A stretch of DNA of 64,000 nt, taken from Octopus sinensis. Lineage: Eukaryota. How positions within the stretch are numbered: the stretch's first letter is position 1; each line of letters opens with the position of its first letter. The notes beneath the pieces were generated by a model. That model searched no databases. It saw only the letters and a list, made by a program, of their open reading frames with translations, and was not told where the DNA came from. The translations under genes were made by a program, and so were the position numbers. The DNA lies in contig NC_043006.1 of NCBI RefSeq assembly GCF_006345805.1, forward strand, positions 6,758,001 to 6,822,000. The letters run 5' to 3'. Positions 50,906-64,000 of this stretch are shown piece after piece.

Positions 50906-51083
50906 ACGCATGGGCCTCCCATCCAGGTGGGAAACCGGGAATCCGGCCCTCATGAGTCCATATAATTCAAGAAGGTAACTTTCTCTTTATCTCAGCGTAC
51001 ATTTACTGTATTCAGTTAGACAGGGCACACGCACATACACACACTCGTGCACACCTATCCCCCCGACACACACATACATACAT

Positions 51084-51120
<37 letters not shown>

Positions 51121-51124
51121 AAAT

Positions 51125-51297
51125 TTAGAGGACTGACCACTAAAACTGGACAGCCTATATGCTATACATAGACGTCAAATCGTCATTTAAATGGCGATTT
51201 TTGTATATAAAAAAAAAATTAAATCTTCGGATTTTTTAAAATATGCCAAGCCACTGTTTTTAATCGATTAATATCAATTTCTACCCTTATTTAATTT

Positions 51298-51300
<3 letters not shown>
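51125..51300 (+). repeat. Dispersed repeat related to 41125-41300
   Basis: GGACTGA.CAC..AA..TGGACAG...ATGCTA.A.ATAGACGTCAAATCG head, plus a tail matching the reverse complement of 41125-41210. Confidence 0.7.
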
Positions 51301-51333
<33 letters not shown>

Positions 51334-52609
51334 AAAACAAAAACAGAATCAACTGAAGACAAGATCTGCTGTCATTCATCTTGTCTTCATTGCATCATAT
51401 ATTCTGGTTAAGAATTCTCTGCTACTTCATTTTTTTTAAATAATGGCCATCCTAACCTCATCAGATTAATTGCATCTAACATATGAATGAGAGATTTGAG
51501 TTTGTAATTTCTTGCTTACATTCGTCTTTTCCAAAGATAACTTGGTAATTGATTAATAGATTTATAGATCCCCGTTTTCCTAATATGTGCTCTCGATCGT
51601 TTGCGTTTCTTCTTTGAGAATCACGTGTTATTTCTTTTTCATTCATCTTCCGCTTTGTACTCTCATGAATTATATTGGCCACGAGGAAGCTGTTCTTGAT
51701 AGCCGTATAAACTTAGAATGAAATCCTGTAATCCTATGTTCGGGGGGAATTTTCTTTATATTCTTAGTGTTGTTGCACCATCCACTCAGCAGTCTTTTAC
51801 CCGAATCTCTCGGCTTCATTCTCGCTTTTTGTTTTTCCTAGAGATAGCTACATTATTTTCCCTTGTGCTGAGAATAGCTACATAATAATACGTTATAATA
51901 ATATTTTGGATGTGGAAAGCCCGAGGCAATTTGTAGTTTTAATAAATATAATCATTTGTGCGACTTCTTCGAGTGGTTGTTGAGAAGTATATTTTCATAC
52001 TGTCTAGTCACTCTAATTCACTTACAATTCTTTTTTCATAATGGTATAACTTCAACTATGACAATATATTTGTCGAAGCCTATTACCTTATTTTTGGCAT
52101 TTAACACTCTTTCCTTTTTCATTCTTGTATTATGACTCTTCAATATTCATTGTACTTCCGTGTGTTTTATATCTCCTTCATTTATTCTTCGTTCATTCTT
52201 AGCAAATAGTAAATCTGTGCTTGCATTACTTATCTGTGTTTCTCAGTGTAAAAAAATATATTATTGACATTTTATTGAACTCAATTTTTTGCAAAGATGC
52301 GTAGGCACATATTCTAAACTAAATTTTATATCAATTTGTCTGGTGTATCCGAATGTTGTATATCACAGTGTTTCGAGCTGTACATCATCATCGGTGTAAA
52401 ACTCGATGTTACCTATACACTAGTGTACATCTATAGCTCCATATCCCTGACCCTTTAGTAGAGCATGCTGTTTAAATGGGTTAGGTAGGAGAGCAAAGGT
52501 CACTCTTTGATTCATATACTTCAACTGATATTGATGAGTTTTCAGATTCATTTTTTTTTCTATCTTTGCATGTTATACTAATTATTCTTCCTTTTGTTGT
52601 TGTTGTTGC

Positions 52610-52720
52610 GTCCGTCTTTACATTCTGAGTTCAAATTTCGCCTAAGTCAACATTGCTTTTCATCCTTTTGGGGTCGATAAAATAAGTACTAGTTGAGCAC
52701 TGGGCTCGATGTAATCGGCA
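52610..52720 (+). mobile_element. Degenerate SINE-A fragment
   Basis: TTCTGAGTTCAAATT...TTTCATCCTTTTGGGGTCGATAAAATAAGTAC. Confidence 0.7.
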
Positions 52721-52753
52721 TACCTCCTTCCCCGAATTCTTCTTTTTCTTTTT

Positions 52754-52784
<31 letters not shown>

Positions 52785-52899
52785 TTATTATTATTATTAT
52801 TATCGTCGACATCATTATCATCATCATCTTCCTCCTCCTCCTCCTCCTCATCATCATCATCATTATTATTATTATTATTTATTTTTCACATTAATCTTA

Positions 52900-53084
52900 A
52901 TCTTATTTCGGCCAAAGTTCTTTCGTTACACTCCTTTGTTTTCTTCTTTCTTATTTGTGTCTCTCTTTAGAAATACAAAATGGCTGACGGTTAGTAAAGG
53001 GAGACACAAATAAGAAAGAAGAAAACAAAGGACCACTGATGCGGTCACAGGAATGTGACGAAAGAACTTTGACCGAAATAAGAT
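52900..53084. repeat. Hairpin whose right arm carries a hammerhead-like core (53030-53074)
   Basis: Arms ~70 bp. The right arm has an extra ACCACTGATGCGGTCAC, giving CTGATGC-G-GTCAC-AGGAAT-GTGAC-GAAAG-AA-CTT. Flanked by (ATT)n tracts. Confidence 0.7.
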
Positions 53085-53103
53085 ATTATTATTATTATTA
53101 TTA

Positions 53104-53167
<64 letters not shown>

Positions 53168-54409
53168 TATTACCCTGCGCTTAAGTGAAAGCAGTGTCTT
53201 GTAATCACTTATTTTTGTCTGCTTTTCTGCGTGTTTGCAAAATTACTGGAAAACGTCTGAACGGATTTTTCACCAAGTGTCGATGATCTCGAACGAAACA
53301 AGCACTTTTCCAGGGGTGAATTATTGAAACCCCCAAAATTCCTCTCAACACATGGCTAAGATGCTATCCCACTACTTCTGCTCATAATCAGAGATGCACA
53401 ACGTATCGTCAGCTACCATGGGGCATACTCAATTGGTTATGGTCAAATAACCGACAAGCAAATCTGTAGTATTACACAGAATATTTGCTCTAGTCTATCT
53501 TTTACAAGAAGCAAGACAAAACAAATATACATGAAAACACTTCCAGTCAGTTTAGACCAGAAGCCATGAGAGCCAGTGCATGCTATTGTCCCAGGGCTTT
53601 TATTATTATCATCAGCCTTTCTTGCTACTGGCAAACGTTCCTTTTAGATCTTGTTTATTTGGATATTAAGAATCGTTTAAACGTGAGTAGGAACATTGCA
53701 ACCATACCTAATTATTGTTTCCTGTTTGCCCTTGTAGTGCAAAAGCATACTTTTCTATCACTACTGTTTTGGTTTGTTCACTCGTTTCTTAATATTTTGT
53801 CAAAACTGAAATAAAATCTTAACACTCCCTTGATAAACAACAAAGAAATATTTTCACAGACAACACAATATTATAAATAAAAATATGGACATTTATAGCA
53901 AATATTGATTTATCTGCTGTCTCTGACACAAACTAAATTTTATTTGACGCTTTCCGCTATAACGACAACTATGGTAACATAGCGTCATTCAGATTGTTAC
54001 ACAACGTTTTCAAAGTATCACGTAAATTATGGAGCTTCTCGGCTAAACCACGTTCCTCATAAAAATGTAATTTAGAAGACTTACATTTCAAAACCCCAAG
54101 ATTTTAGCCCAAAACAGAAAGTGGCGAGATTAAGCCTCACAATATTTGTTTTGTCTTGCATTTTGTAAAAGGTTAGAGCAAATATTCTGCTCAATATTAC
54201 AGATTTGCTTGTCAGATATTTGACCTTAACCTCGGGTATGTCCTTCAAAATGTTATTGAAGCGACTCCCAGTATTTTGTCCAAGTTTAAAAAATATGCTG
54301 ACAACCGAGTTAAAATGATTGAACGATAAACTCCAGAATAAAAAGAAAGAAGAAATGGAAACAAACGAAATCCTGTTATCTATAGGCACGAAATTTAGTG
54401 GTGAGGGCA

Positions 54410-54545
54410 GAGTCCATTGCATCGACTCTAGTTCCATATTAGTATTTATTTTATCGACCCCGAAAGGAATAAAGGAAAAGTCCATTTCCTCGCAATTTTA
54501 ACTCAGAACGTTAAACACGGTACTAACCATTCTGCTAGCCGCCTT
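54410..54545 (-). mobile_element. Degenerate SINE-A fragment
   Basis: TTTATCGACCCCGAAAGGA...AACTCAGAACG...TTCTGCTAGCCGCC. Confidence 0.65.
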
Positions 54546-56101
54546 ACAGCACAAGAAAAACTTTTAAGAAAACGATTGTGATAAACTTCTGGTGAATGAG
54601 AATTAGTTCATTTTTAGGGGTGGAATGTGAATCTCGGATTAGATAAAGCTATAGTGAAGTGCGTGCAAGTAATATTCGGAAAAAATGGTTGAAGGCTGCT
54701 CGTGGAACATTTCCTCTTTACAGATGTGGTTTCGTGTTTCACAGGCAGACGTCTAATTTAAATATTCAAATGTGTTTTTCTTTTCAATTAATATATGCAC
54801 GGTATTATTTTTACCTTTAATTCCAGAGTCACAATCTCCATCCCCCAAAAACAAAGAATTTTAGGATATGAATTTATTATACTAAAATTTCACACATGCA
54901 CACAAATATAAATATATATGTGTTTATGTGTTTGCATATGTATATAAGTATACATCTGTGTGTGTATGCGTGCGCGTGTATAATTATATATATGGCCTAA
55001 ATTATGTACATATATATGGCTTAATGTATGTGTGCATGTATATGTATGTATATGTATGTATGTATAACAAAGTAGACATCTAAATAGGTAAATTGGTCCT
55101 TTTAAAGTAAAAATGTTTGGGTCTTCACATAGTATACGAGTGAACAGTTTTAACAGCAACATGCAAATTACTTGATATCAATCGAATATGGCATACCTAT
55201 ATACATACCTATATGTCTGTAAATGTATGTGAGTGCGTATGCGTATGTATACATATACACACACATATATATGTATATGTGTATGTATGTATAGGTGTGT
55301 GTGATGTGAAAATTTGTTTCTCTGTGTGTGTGACTATGTATATGTGATTGGGTTTACACCAATGTGTGCATGCGTTCTGAAGGAATGATACAATATGTCT
55401 GGTAACCTTAAGCTATAATTTTAGGTGTTTGAAAGAATTATTATATCTAGTTAATTAATATTCATCGTGTTACATTTGCTGCTAGGTAAGTATGTTGTAT
55501 TTCCCATAGTATGCAAACTTTTCCAAATGCACTCTCTATGGAACTGATATTACTTATGGAAAGTAAGTGCAAACACGTATTGTTCATTGGAAAACTTGAT
55601 AAAAAACAATGAGCGTCAGCATAATAATTTGTTCGTTTCATTATTAAAAACATACTGCTTGTCTAGACAAATTCATTGTAATCTGGCAGAAGTAGACACA
55701 TTTTGAAAGTTTTTACTGAATGCTTGGAACATATCCGGGTAACTTAAACAAACAGAGGAAGTTGAAATAATCATTCCTGTATAAGAATTGAGATATGGAA
55801 TTATAAATCCACAGCTTTGAGCGAAGAGTTAGTTGCACAACGCCAATGTATTTATGGTTATGGCTCAATGAGTGAGTTAAAGGCAAAGGTTATGGAGAAT
55901 GTGGGTGATTACAAATATTCGCTAATGAAATATATGTTGGTGCAAAGGGTAGCAAGCTTGTCACGAAAACCTTCCTTGCTCATGCTATACGGACACAAAC
56001 TGTGTGTCGGTAGCCAGCTGGAAAAGGAATTTTCCTGGGGCTAAATAGTAGTAATATCGTTTTGTATAGAATTGCCATATTTTGTTGGCAAATGAATTTT
56101 A

Positions 56102-56157
<56 letters not shown>

Positions 56158-56344
56158 TGTTGCGGCCAAAATGTTCAGAACGGCATTGTTTTTGTCAGAA
56201 AAGTAGAAATAATTTTTTATCAAAGTAGTTTTATATTCTATAATTTTCACAGCCAATAAATACAATATGAATTGTTATTGTCTAATATTTTGGTGTAATT
56301 TGAGAAGATAATACAAAAGTTATGGATGATTTAGTGATTTAATG

Positions 56345-56560
56345 CAAAACCCATGGCGGCCAAAATAATTTGATTGCGGCCATGCTGGAGCACCGCCTTA
56401 AAGGGTGTTAGTAGAAGAAATCGACCCAGGACATTCTTTATAAGCCTAGTACTTATTTGATAGGTCTCTTTGCGAATCGCTAAGTTATGGAGACATAAAC
56501 ACACCAGCGGCTGTTGTAAAGAGATTGCGGGGGAACAAAATAGGCACATACACACAAATA
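56345..56560 (-). mobile_element. Diverged SINE-C-related 3' half
   Basis: TGCGGCCATGCTGGAGCACCGCC...TCGACCCAGGAC...GACATAAACACACCAGC. Confidence 0.75.
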
Positions 56561-56569
56561 TATACATGC

Positions 56570-56607
<38 letters not shown>

Positions 56608-56860
56608 CTTTAGTTTCGTTTCCGAGAAATGTTTTGACTATGTATATAAAAGCTCCTATACTAACGACGCCAAAGAAATGAATGCATGAACATGGTCTAC
56701 TCCATGTATACTACGGACTACATTGTTATCATGCAGTTATACGGATCTTAAAAAATTAAACACGTAATTTGTAGAAACGCGCGTACCGATGCATTAAAAT
56801 ATACATCCCATCCAGGGATTATTATTATTACTACATGTATGTATGTATGCATATATATAT

Positions 56861-56931
<71 letters not shown>

Positions 56932-58458
56932 AAACATATACATAGTTAATACGTCCAATAAAAACGAAGAACAAGCACAACAAGGGAAAAAACAAGGGAA
57001 AGTGGGAAAGAAAAGGAACACGAGGGAAATAGATCGCCAACGATCCACGTGTTGTTACGTATATATATAGATGTAGATATATAGATATAGATAGATAGAT
57101 AGATAGATAGATGTGCAAAGGTACGATCCAAGGATCAATGTGTGGGAAGATAGTAAGCTTAGAACAGTCTTTAGAAGATATAAAAACTACATTCAGGAAT
57201 AATAGTGCTTTATTGACTTACAAGGCTGTAAATTCTCCCCGTATCGAAATCTGATTCGCTGAAATATATTGTTTTATAGCTTTAGGTTATCAGCAGGAGT
57301 TAGTGGATATACGAACTGAAATCCAAAAATTAGGGAATGCTTTAGATAACATCCAGACTACATATGTTTCGTGGTTAGCAGAACCTCAGAAGTGTTAATG
57401 ATGCAAACGAGAAGTAACAGGCTTGCTACTCATTTACATCGTCGTCATGTTATCTCATGTTGACTCCCAGGAGATTCGATTGAAAAAACGTGGAAAACAT
57501 ATATTTATACTTCAGAGATAAATTATCTCCATATATAGGGGACACACCGAAGCGCGCTAGAGATTTGAGCCATAGGAAGAATAGGAAAAAAATATGATGA
57601 GAAGCAAAAGCTGGGTTACCAATACGCATATAATAAAATATACTCCGTTATACAAATATTTTATTCGGGGCAGTTTCCAACCGATAGGTTTACATGCATA
57701 AAAAATGTAAACGTATTTAAATCGCCAAAATATTTTGGCGATTTAAATAAGAGTTTTGACTGCTATTTCCAGCAGGTAGACACACTTATACGTCCTTTGA
57801 TTAAATATATATATATATATATATTGACTTTATTTCTTATATCTACATGAATTATGCTAGAAACAACCTTGACACTTCATTTTCACCATGGCCCGTTCCT
57901 CTGTATTTCTGAGTTCGACAACAATTTAGGTGAAAGTTAAATTCTGTTGAATTAAATTTGAATATGCAGGAATAAAATTACTTCTGATGTTATTAGATAG
58001 GACTGCCTTATACGTCAACAATTTCCAGCGGGAAAGTAGATTTACTGAACCAGAATCTTCAGAAACTACATGAATTTGGCTTAAATGTTAGAAATTGGTC
58101 TGTTAGAAATTTACGTTATATTTCAATAAATGTTCAGAGCGATCGTTTCTCACGTCATGAGACAGTAATGACTCTACGTAAATGACTCTAAGCAGATGGT
58201 ACAGGGTTTTGTTGCTCCCTGCTAATAATTGAGGTCCTGATGATAAGTGAAGGATGAGAGTAATTAAAATATTTGTCACATGCCACGTTATATAACAATG
58301 TAGAATGAGACAAATTAGAGGCATGTGATAAATATAATAGCATATAAAGAGACGAATTTTAATTCAATGTTCATAAATATATCACGCACACAATATTCAG
58401 AAAGCAGAATCCGTTGAACTAAGTAAGGAATACTTAATTAATTTCTAATGACATGTAT

Positions 58459-58611
58459 ATAGGCGCAGGAGTGGCTGTGTGGTAAGTAGCTTACTAACCA
58501 ACCACATGCGTGGCACCTTGGGCAAGTGTCTTCTGCTATAGCCCCGGGCCGACCAATACCTTGTGAGTGGATTTGGTAGACGGAAACTGAAAGAAGCCTG
58601 TCGTATATATG

Positions 58612-58644
<33 letters not shown>

Positions 58645-58858
58645 TTGTGTGTCTGTGTTTGTCCCTCTAGCATTGCTTGACAACCGATGCTGGTGTGTTT
58701 ACGTCCCCGTCACCTAGCGGTTCGGCAAAAAGAGACCGATAGAATAAGTACTGGGCTTACAAAGAATAAGTCCCGGGGTCGATTTGCTCGACTAAAGGCG
58801 GTGCTCCAGCATGGCCGCAGTCAAATGACTGAAACAAGTAAAAGAGTATAGAGAGTAT
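58459..58858 (+). mobile_element. SINE family C with a deletion removing the B box
   Basis: ATAGGCGCAGGAGTGG head; CCACATG is joined directly to CGTGGCACC; GAGTA tail. Confidence 0.92.
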
Positions 58859-59320
58859 ATACAATGGTGTAGAAAGTTTACATATGTATACCCAGTGTCT
58901 TTCGTGCGATGGAAGTAAAATATTTGTTTAATTCAAGATGAAATCCAATCAACCAGGTTGATATATTAATTTCCTTGCAATCGCTTAACGTGTTTTATTT
59001 TGTGTATATTTGTACTTATAACTGGAATTATAGTATACGCTCGATCTAATAACCGCAGAACTCATTACTAGAGAATCAATCTTCTAGAAGTAATAATCAT
59101 TGTCTTGCTAAGCGTTATCATTTATTTTAGTGCTTGTGATACAGGTGTAATTTATATTTCCGCCAAATACACCTCACGACCCCTTGATTGCACATTCAGT
59201 CCCATTGAGTGACCACATGATGTGCAAGTGTGTCCTATTATACTTAAGTCTAACCAGCATAAGTTGAGTGAAATGTTGTAGAGTAATGCTTGCCTCACAC
59301 AGTTGTCGTTTATATATACA

Positions 59321-59627
59321 CTAGCAGTATCGCCCGGCGTTGCTCGGGTTTGTAAGGGAAATAACTATATAAGCATTTTTAGAGAGTTACTTCCCTTATA
59401 TAAACCGAGCAAAAATGCATTAAAATTGCGAAAAAATTATGGTAAATTTTTCTATCATCGTAGACTCATCGTAGACGCGCGCTAATACCCAGAAGGGCTC
59501 TATATGAATCACGACTATAAGATACCCGCTTTTGGTTAAACTGCACCGCAAAATGTGAGAGTAGTTAGGAATCTAAATCGGAGGAGTCAGACTCTCACAC
59601 ACACAACTTCAGTTTTATATATAAAGA
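59321..59627 (-). mobile_element. Non-autonomous Helitron (internally deleted relative to the 6873 copy)
   Basis: Same A|TC...CCCGAGCAACGCCGGG...CTAG|T termini; lacks ~110 bp lying between TTTTAGAGA direct repeats. Confidence 0.88.
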
Positions 59628-59642
59628 TATACTCGAGCTTAT

Positions 59643-59649
<7 letters not shown>

Positions 59650-59689
<40 letters not shown>

Positions 59690-59855
59690 CGACGGGCTTC
59701 TTTCAGTTTCCGTCTACCAAATCCACTCACAAGGCTTTGGTCGACTCGAGGCTATAGTAGAAGGCACTTGCCCAAGGTGCCACACAGTGGAAATGAACCC
59801 AGAACCATGTGGTTGGTAAGCAAGCTACTTTCCACACAGCCACTCCTGCGCCTAT
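59650..59855 (-). mobile_element. SINE family C, 5' half ending at its internal microsatellite
   Basis: ATAGGCGCAGGAGTGGCTGTGTGG...GAAACTGAAAGAAGCCCGTCG then (TA)n(TG)n. Confidence 0.88.
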
Positions 59856-60336
59856 GTAAATTGTAAATGTTACAGATACTTTGGTGCATAAAACAGTGAA
59901 TTGTCTTCTGCAAAAGACGTTTCTTATAATCGTATCCTATGGTTTCATCAAAATCAACGTATATATTAATACGGCCTGTCCTAGATATTATGCTCAATTT
60001 AATTAGTTACAAACTTTGAACTTGGAGAAATGCTTCATCAGTCAGTGTATAAATAATTAATTCTCTACAGTTCGGTAGAACTGTCATAATTTGGTATTAA
60101 GTGTCTTTTACTCTAAATATTTCTATGATTTCATGTATGTAATTTTGTATTTCTCTAAAAATCAGCAGTTTATTGTATCCAAGCGACTCGATTATCCATA
60201 ATTGGAAAGAGTGTCAATCAGTTCACAGTGATGCATGACTATCAAATAAACAATGTATTCCTATGCTAAGTTTGAACAAAACAATACTATCACAGGAAAT
60301 GTCTCTAAAATATTTAGGACAGTAAATAGCGGTCAT

Positions 60337-60481
60337 ACATTATTTTCATTATTTACATTCGACGGATATTTGTACTCATCTTGTTTGTTGTTAACACAAC
60401 GTTTCGGCTGACATACACCCCTTCTTCAGGTTTCTTGGGGAAATTTCGAACCTGGGTTCTCATTCCTAAGGTATTTTTCAA

Positions 60482-60541
<60 letters not shown>

Positions 60542-60590
60542 CATCATCATTATTCCGAGTTCGATTCCAAGCAATGACCTGAACAATAGC

Positions 60591-60651
<61 letters not shown>

Positions 60652-60790
60652 TCGAAAAATACCTTAGGAATGAGAACCCAGGTTCGAAATTTCCCCAAGA
60701 CACCTGAAGAAAGCTGGAGGATATATCAACCGAAACGTTAAGATGAGGACAAATATCCGTCAAATGTAAATAATGTAAATAATGTACACA
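60337..60790. mobile_element. Inverted pair of hammerhead-bearing PLE-type terminal repeats around (ATT)n/(AAT)n
   Basis: Arms 60337-60480 and 60650-60790 are reverse complements. Plus motif GACAC-CTGAAGA-A-AGCTG...CAACC-GAAAC-GTT (60698-60740); minus motif CTGAAGA...CAGCC-GAAAC-GTT-GTGTT (60390-60434). Confidence 0.78.
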
Positions 60791-62529
60791 ATTCCTCATC
60801 CCTTAAATATAGAACTGTAAATGGTGTCCATGTTTTAAAGAAAGTTCTTTTTATTAGATCTTAAACTTCAAAAATGTACCGACACTCCAATACAAAACAT
60901 CATATATGGTTATTTTCATAAGACCAGCAAATCTCTCATAGAAAATATTTGCTTCATAATATTCAAGTAATGTAAAATTTTGGTGTAGCATTATTTATTT
61001 ATTTCATATTAATCCTCATAACTTCCACCAAACATAACAGAACACATCAATCATTTCTATGCTATAAATATTGAATTAACACCCCTTAATATTTACTCCT
61101 TCATTTTTATTTACTCTAATAAGTTTTTTACCCCTTTAAGTATACTTTTTGTGAAATTAGTAGATTTTACACAATATTATTTTTACTAGTTAGTGACATA
61201 TGTTGTCGTATATAATTGATTCTTGTAGATTGATTTTGGAATACATATTCAATTACACTTTGATATCGATCAGAACATCAAATGGTACTAATATCCACAA
61301 TAAAATAAACAGTGAACACTTTTTTCCTCATTGTTCCCCACACCACTACTTACATTGTGCTGAATCCGAGGTAAAAATGTATGACTTTAAAACGCACCAG
61401 CCCTTTCTCTTCTAAATGTCGAACGCTCATATCACTGTGAGCAAATAGAACATTGTACAAGCCATAATTTTCTTTTATTCATTTGGCGTGAAAGTATCGC
61501 TCCATGATATATAAGTTCTGTCAAACTGACATGAATACGTGACAGCATATAATGATTCACTTTTGAAGTGGTATTTCGCCAAGCGTATATTATAATTTCA
61601 AGAGGCGTTCACTGTAGTCTTAGCGTAGGATTCCAACATTTTTAATGCTCAAATTCTACAAGAAATATTAATGGGATTTTTAAATTATAAAGATTGTTGT
61701 AGAATATTTGATGCTGCGCTGTCAAGACTGGAAAGAATATATGTTATAACATATCTTACATTTTGATTTATTGAACTCTTCGTGCAATCACGTAATACAT
61801 TTAGTAAATGATACGCTTTGTCTCATGAAGAATGTGAGTATATATATACGCTGTCACAAGTTCTACATCCATTATTATTGCTTTCAACTTGAAAGAGCTT
61901 ATTGATCTTTGCTATAAGCTGCGAAGGTTGTTTTTCTGAACGACATCGAGGAAGTATATTTTATAGAAGATATATATATATATGCAGAACGCACATGCAC
62001 GAATAACGAAGATGCCAAAAGTATTCGTAAATAATTGAAATTATAAGAATGCACCACCAGCAATGGACAGCCTTTTAAACAGCATTCTTTACGTGAAATG
62101 GCATGATATATGTGCTACAAAATCATAATGTTTGATACCTATTAATTTTTACTCCATACATTCCCAAAGATTTACTGCTGTAGAGTATGAGACGACGTAA
62201 AATTCATGCTTTTCCTTCAATCATCAAGAAATAAAGATTATTGCATCTGATCGGTCTTAAAAGTGGAGTCGTAGCCACCTGCATTTTGGTAAACCTCATG
62301 CTCTCTCCTGTTGTATTTGCAACACCTGCTTTCTGATTCTATAATTTAAATGTCTAATTTTACAGATTAATAACAGGTGATATGTACTTTAGATTTTACT
62401 AAACTTACTTCATTCAATACAATGACGCTTAGCTTCATTGAGGAAATAGAGTGTTTTTAGGATATGCGTTCGATTAGCAGGTCTAAAACCACGCGTTTTA
62501 AGTAGAAACATTTGCATATACACATATTC

Positions 62530-62535
62530 ACTTGC

Positions 62536-62566
<31 letters not shown>

Positions 62567-63242
62567 TGTATGTATGTATGTATGTATGTATTATGTGTGT
62601 GTATGTATGTGAAAGGTAAGAGAGTCCAGTTTGCTGGACATTGTTGTAGAGCTGAAAAAGAGGTAATTTCTACTCTTCTCCTCTGGAAGCCATCTACTCG
62701 CAATACCAGAGGGCGCACACTCTCCTACCCTGATGTAATCTCCAGGGATACAGGCATCCAGCAACAGGACGTCCGTAATGCTATGATGGACCGTGAAGTC
62801 TGGCGTAACATAGTAAATTCCATTGTCTCGACCACGGTCGATCAATGATGATGATGATGAATGTATGTATGTATGTATGTATGTATATGTATCTATGTAT
62901 GTATTATGTATGTGTATGTATGTATGTATTATGTATGTGTATGTATGTATGTATGTATGTATGTATGTATGTATGTATGTATGTATGTATGTATGTATGT
63001 ATGTATGAATGTATTTATGTATGTATGTACGTATGTATGTATGTATGTATGTACGTATGTATGTATGTATGTATGTATTATGTATGTATGTATGTACGTA
63101 TGTATGTACGTATGTATGTATGTATGTATGTATGTATTATGTATGTATGTATGTATGTATGTATGTATATATATGTATCTATGTATGTATTATGTATGTG
63201 TATGTATGTATGTATGTATGTATGTGTGTGTATGTATGTATG

Positions 63243-63273
<31 letters not shown>

Positions 63274-63545
63274 GTATGTGTATGTATGTATGTATTATGT
63301 ATGTGTATGTATGTATGTATGTATTATGTATGTGTAGTATGTATGTATGTATTATGTATGTGTATGTATGTATGTATGTATGTATGTATGTATGTATGTG
63401 TGTATGTATGTATGTATGTATGTAAGTATGTGTATGTATGTATGTATTATGTATGTGTATGTATGTATGTATGTATTATGTATGTGTATGTATGTATGTA
63501 TGTATGTATGTATGTATGTATGTGTGTGTGTATGTATGTATGTAT
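62530..63545. repeat. ~1-kb (TATG)n satellite, interrupted by an RTE fragment
   Basis: Direct reading. Confidence 0.96.
62610..62859 (+). mobile_element. 5'-truncated RTE-like LINE 3' end with (TGA)n tail
   Basis: KGKRVQFAGHCCRAEKEVISTLLLWKP...MMDREVWRNIVNSIVSTTVDQ*; sister of the 11580 copy. Confidence 0.87.
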
Positions 63546-64000
63546 TATATACCATTGTGGGGGACAGGTAAGTTGCATAAAGGAAATTAATACGTATCGA
63601 TAATAAAAAGGGTTTTTTTTTTTTACTTTATTTGTATCCAAGAACCAGCATGAGTGACTGAAGTCTTCAGAGTTGTGAGCAGACTACATAAAATTAAATT
63701 AATAACACTGCCATTGAATTGATATAAAACTATAGGCTCTTAAACGATACAAATTAGATTTTATTTTTCGAACGCAGAATTGCCGTAAGAACAGCAGAAA
63801 TACTCAGTAAATAGCTATTACAAAGCGGAACAATTTATTAACCACCAGCCGGCTGTTTTTTGAGAGATTTTTCCACTTTGTAAGGGTACCTTACCCTGTA
63901 TTTCTGCTGTTCTAACAGCAAATCTATGTTCGAAAAAATATCACTTAATTTGTATCGTTCAATATACATTTCGACGCTTATAAAAACAAATGTTTGTTTG

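Noticed and set aside
57714-57749. Perfect 36-bp palindrome TATTTAAATCGCCAAAATATTTTGGCGATTTAAATA
   Set aside because: Real but short and isolated, and such palindromes are common in this repeat landscape; no function can be supported.

Overview
AT-rich eukaryotic DNA, dense in microsatellites and repeats. It is most likely from an octopus or other coleoid cephalopod, inferred from the mollusc-type 5-HT1 receptor and the repeat landscape. There is one intact protein-coding region: a single-exon 478-aa serotonin 5-HT1-like GPCR at 20541-21977 (-). It is preceded by a splice acceptor and a leader rich in upstream ATGs. A full-length U6 snRNA (2135-2241, -) lies inside a 418-bp insertion flanked by a target-site duplication (TSD). 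That insertion also carries 150 bp of U6 upstream sequence and the 3' half of a SINE, and it interrupts one arm of a ~1.9-kb foldback element. The rest of the window contains three tRNA-derived SINE families (my labels A, B, C), two non-autonomous Helitrons, mariner remnants, MITEs and RTE fragments. It also holds a Dong/R4 LINE inserted in a (TAA)n tract and a frameshifted Naiad-type Penelope-like element (PLE). Several palindromes occur, along with about eight minimal hammerhead-ribozyme motifs from five sequence families, including one with a compensatory G3:C8 core swap. Almost all other ORFs in the supplied track are microsatellite or repeat artefacts. Coordinates were read by eye, so repeat boundaries may be off by several bases. 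No database searches were run.
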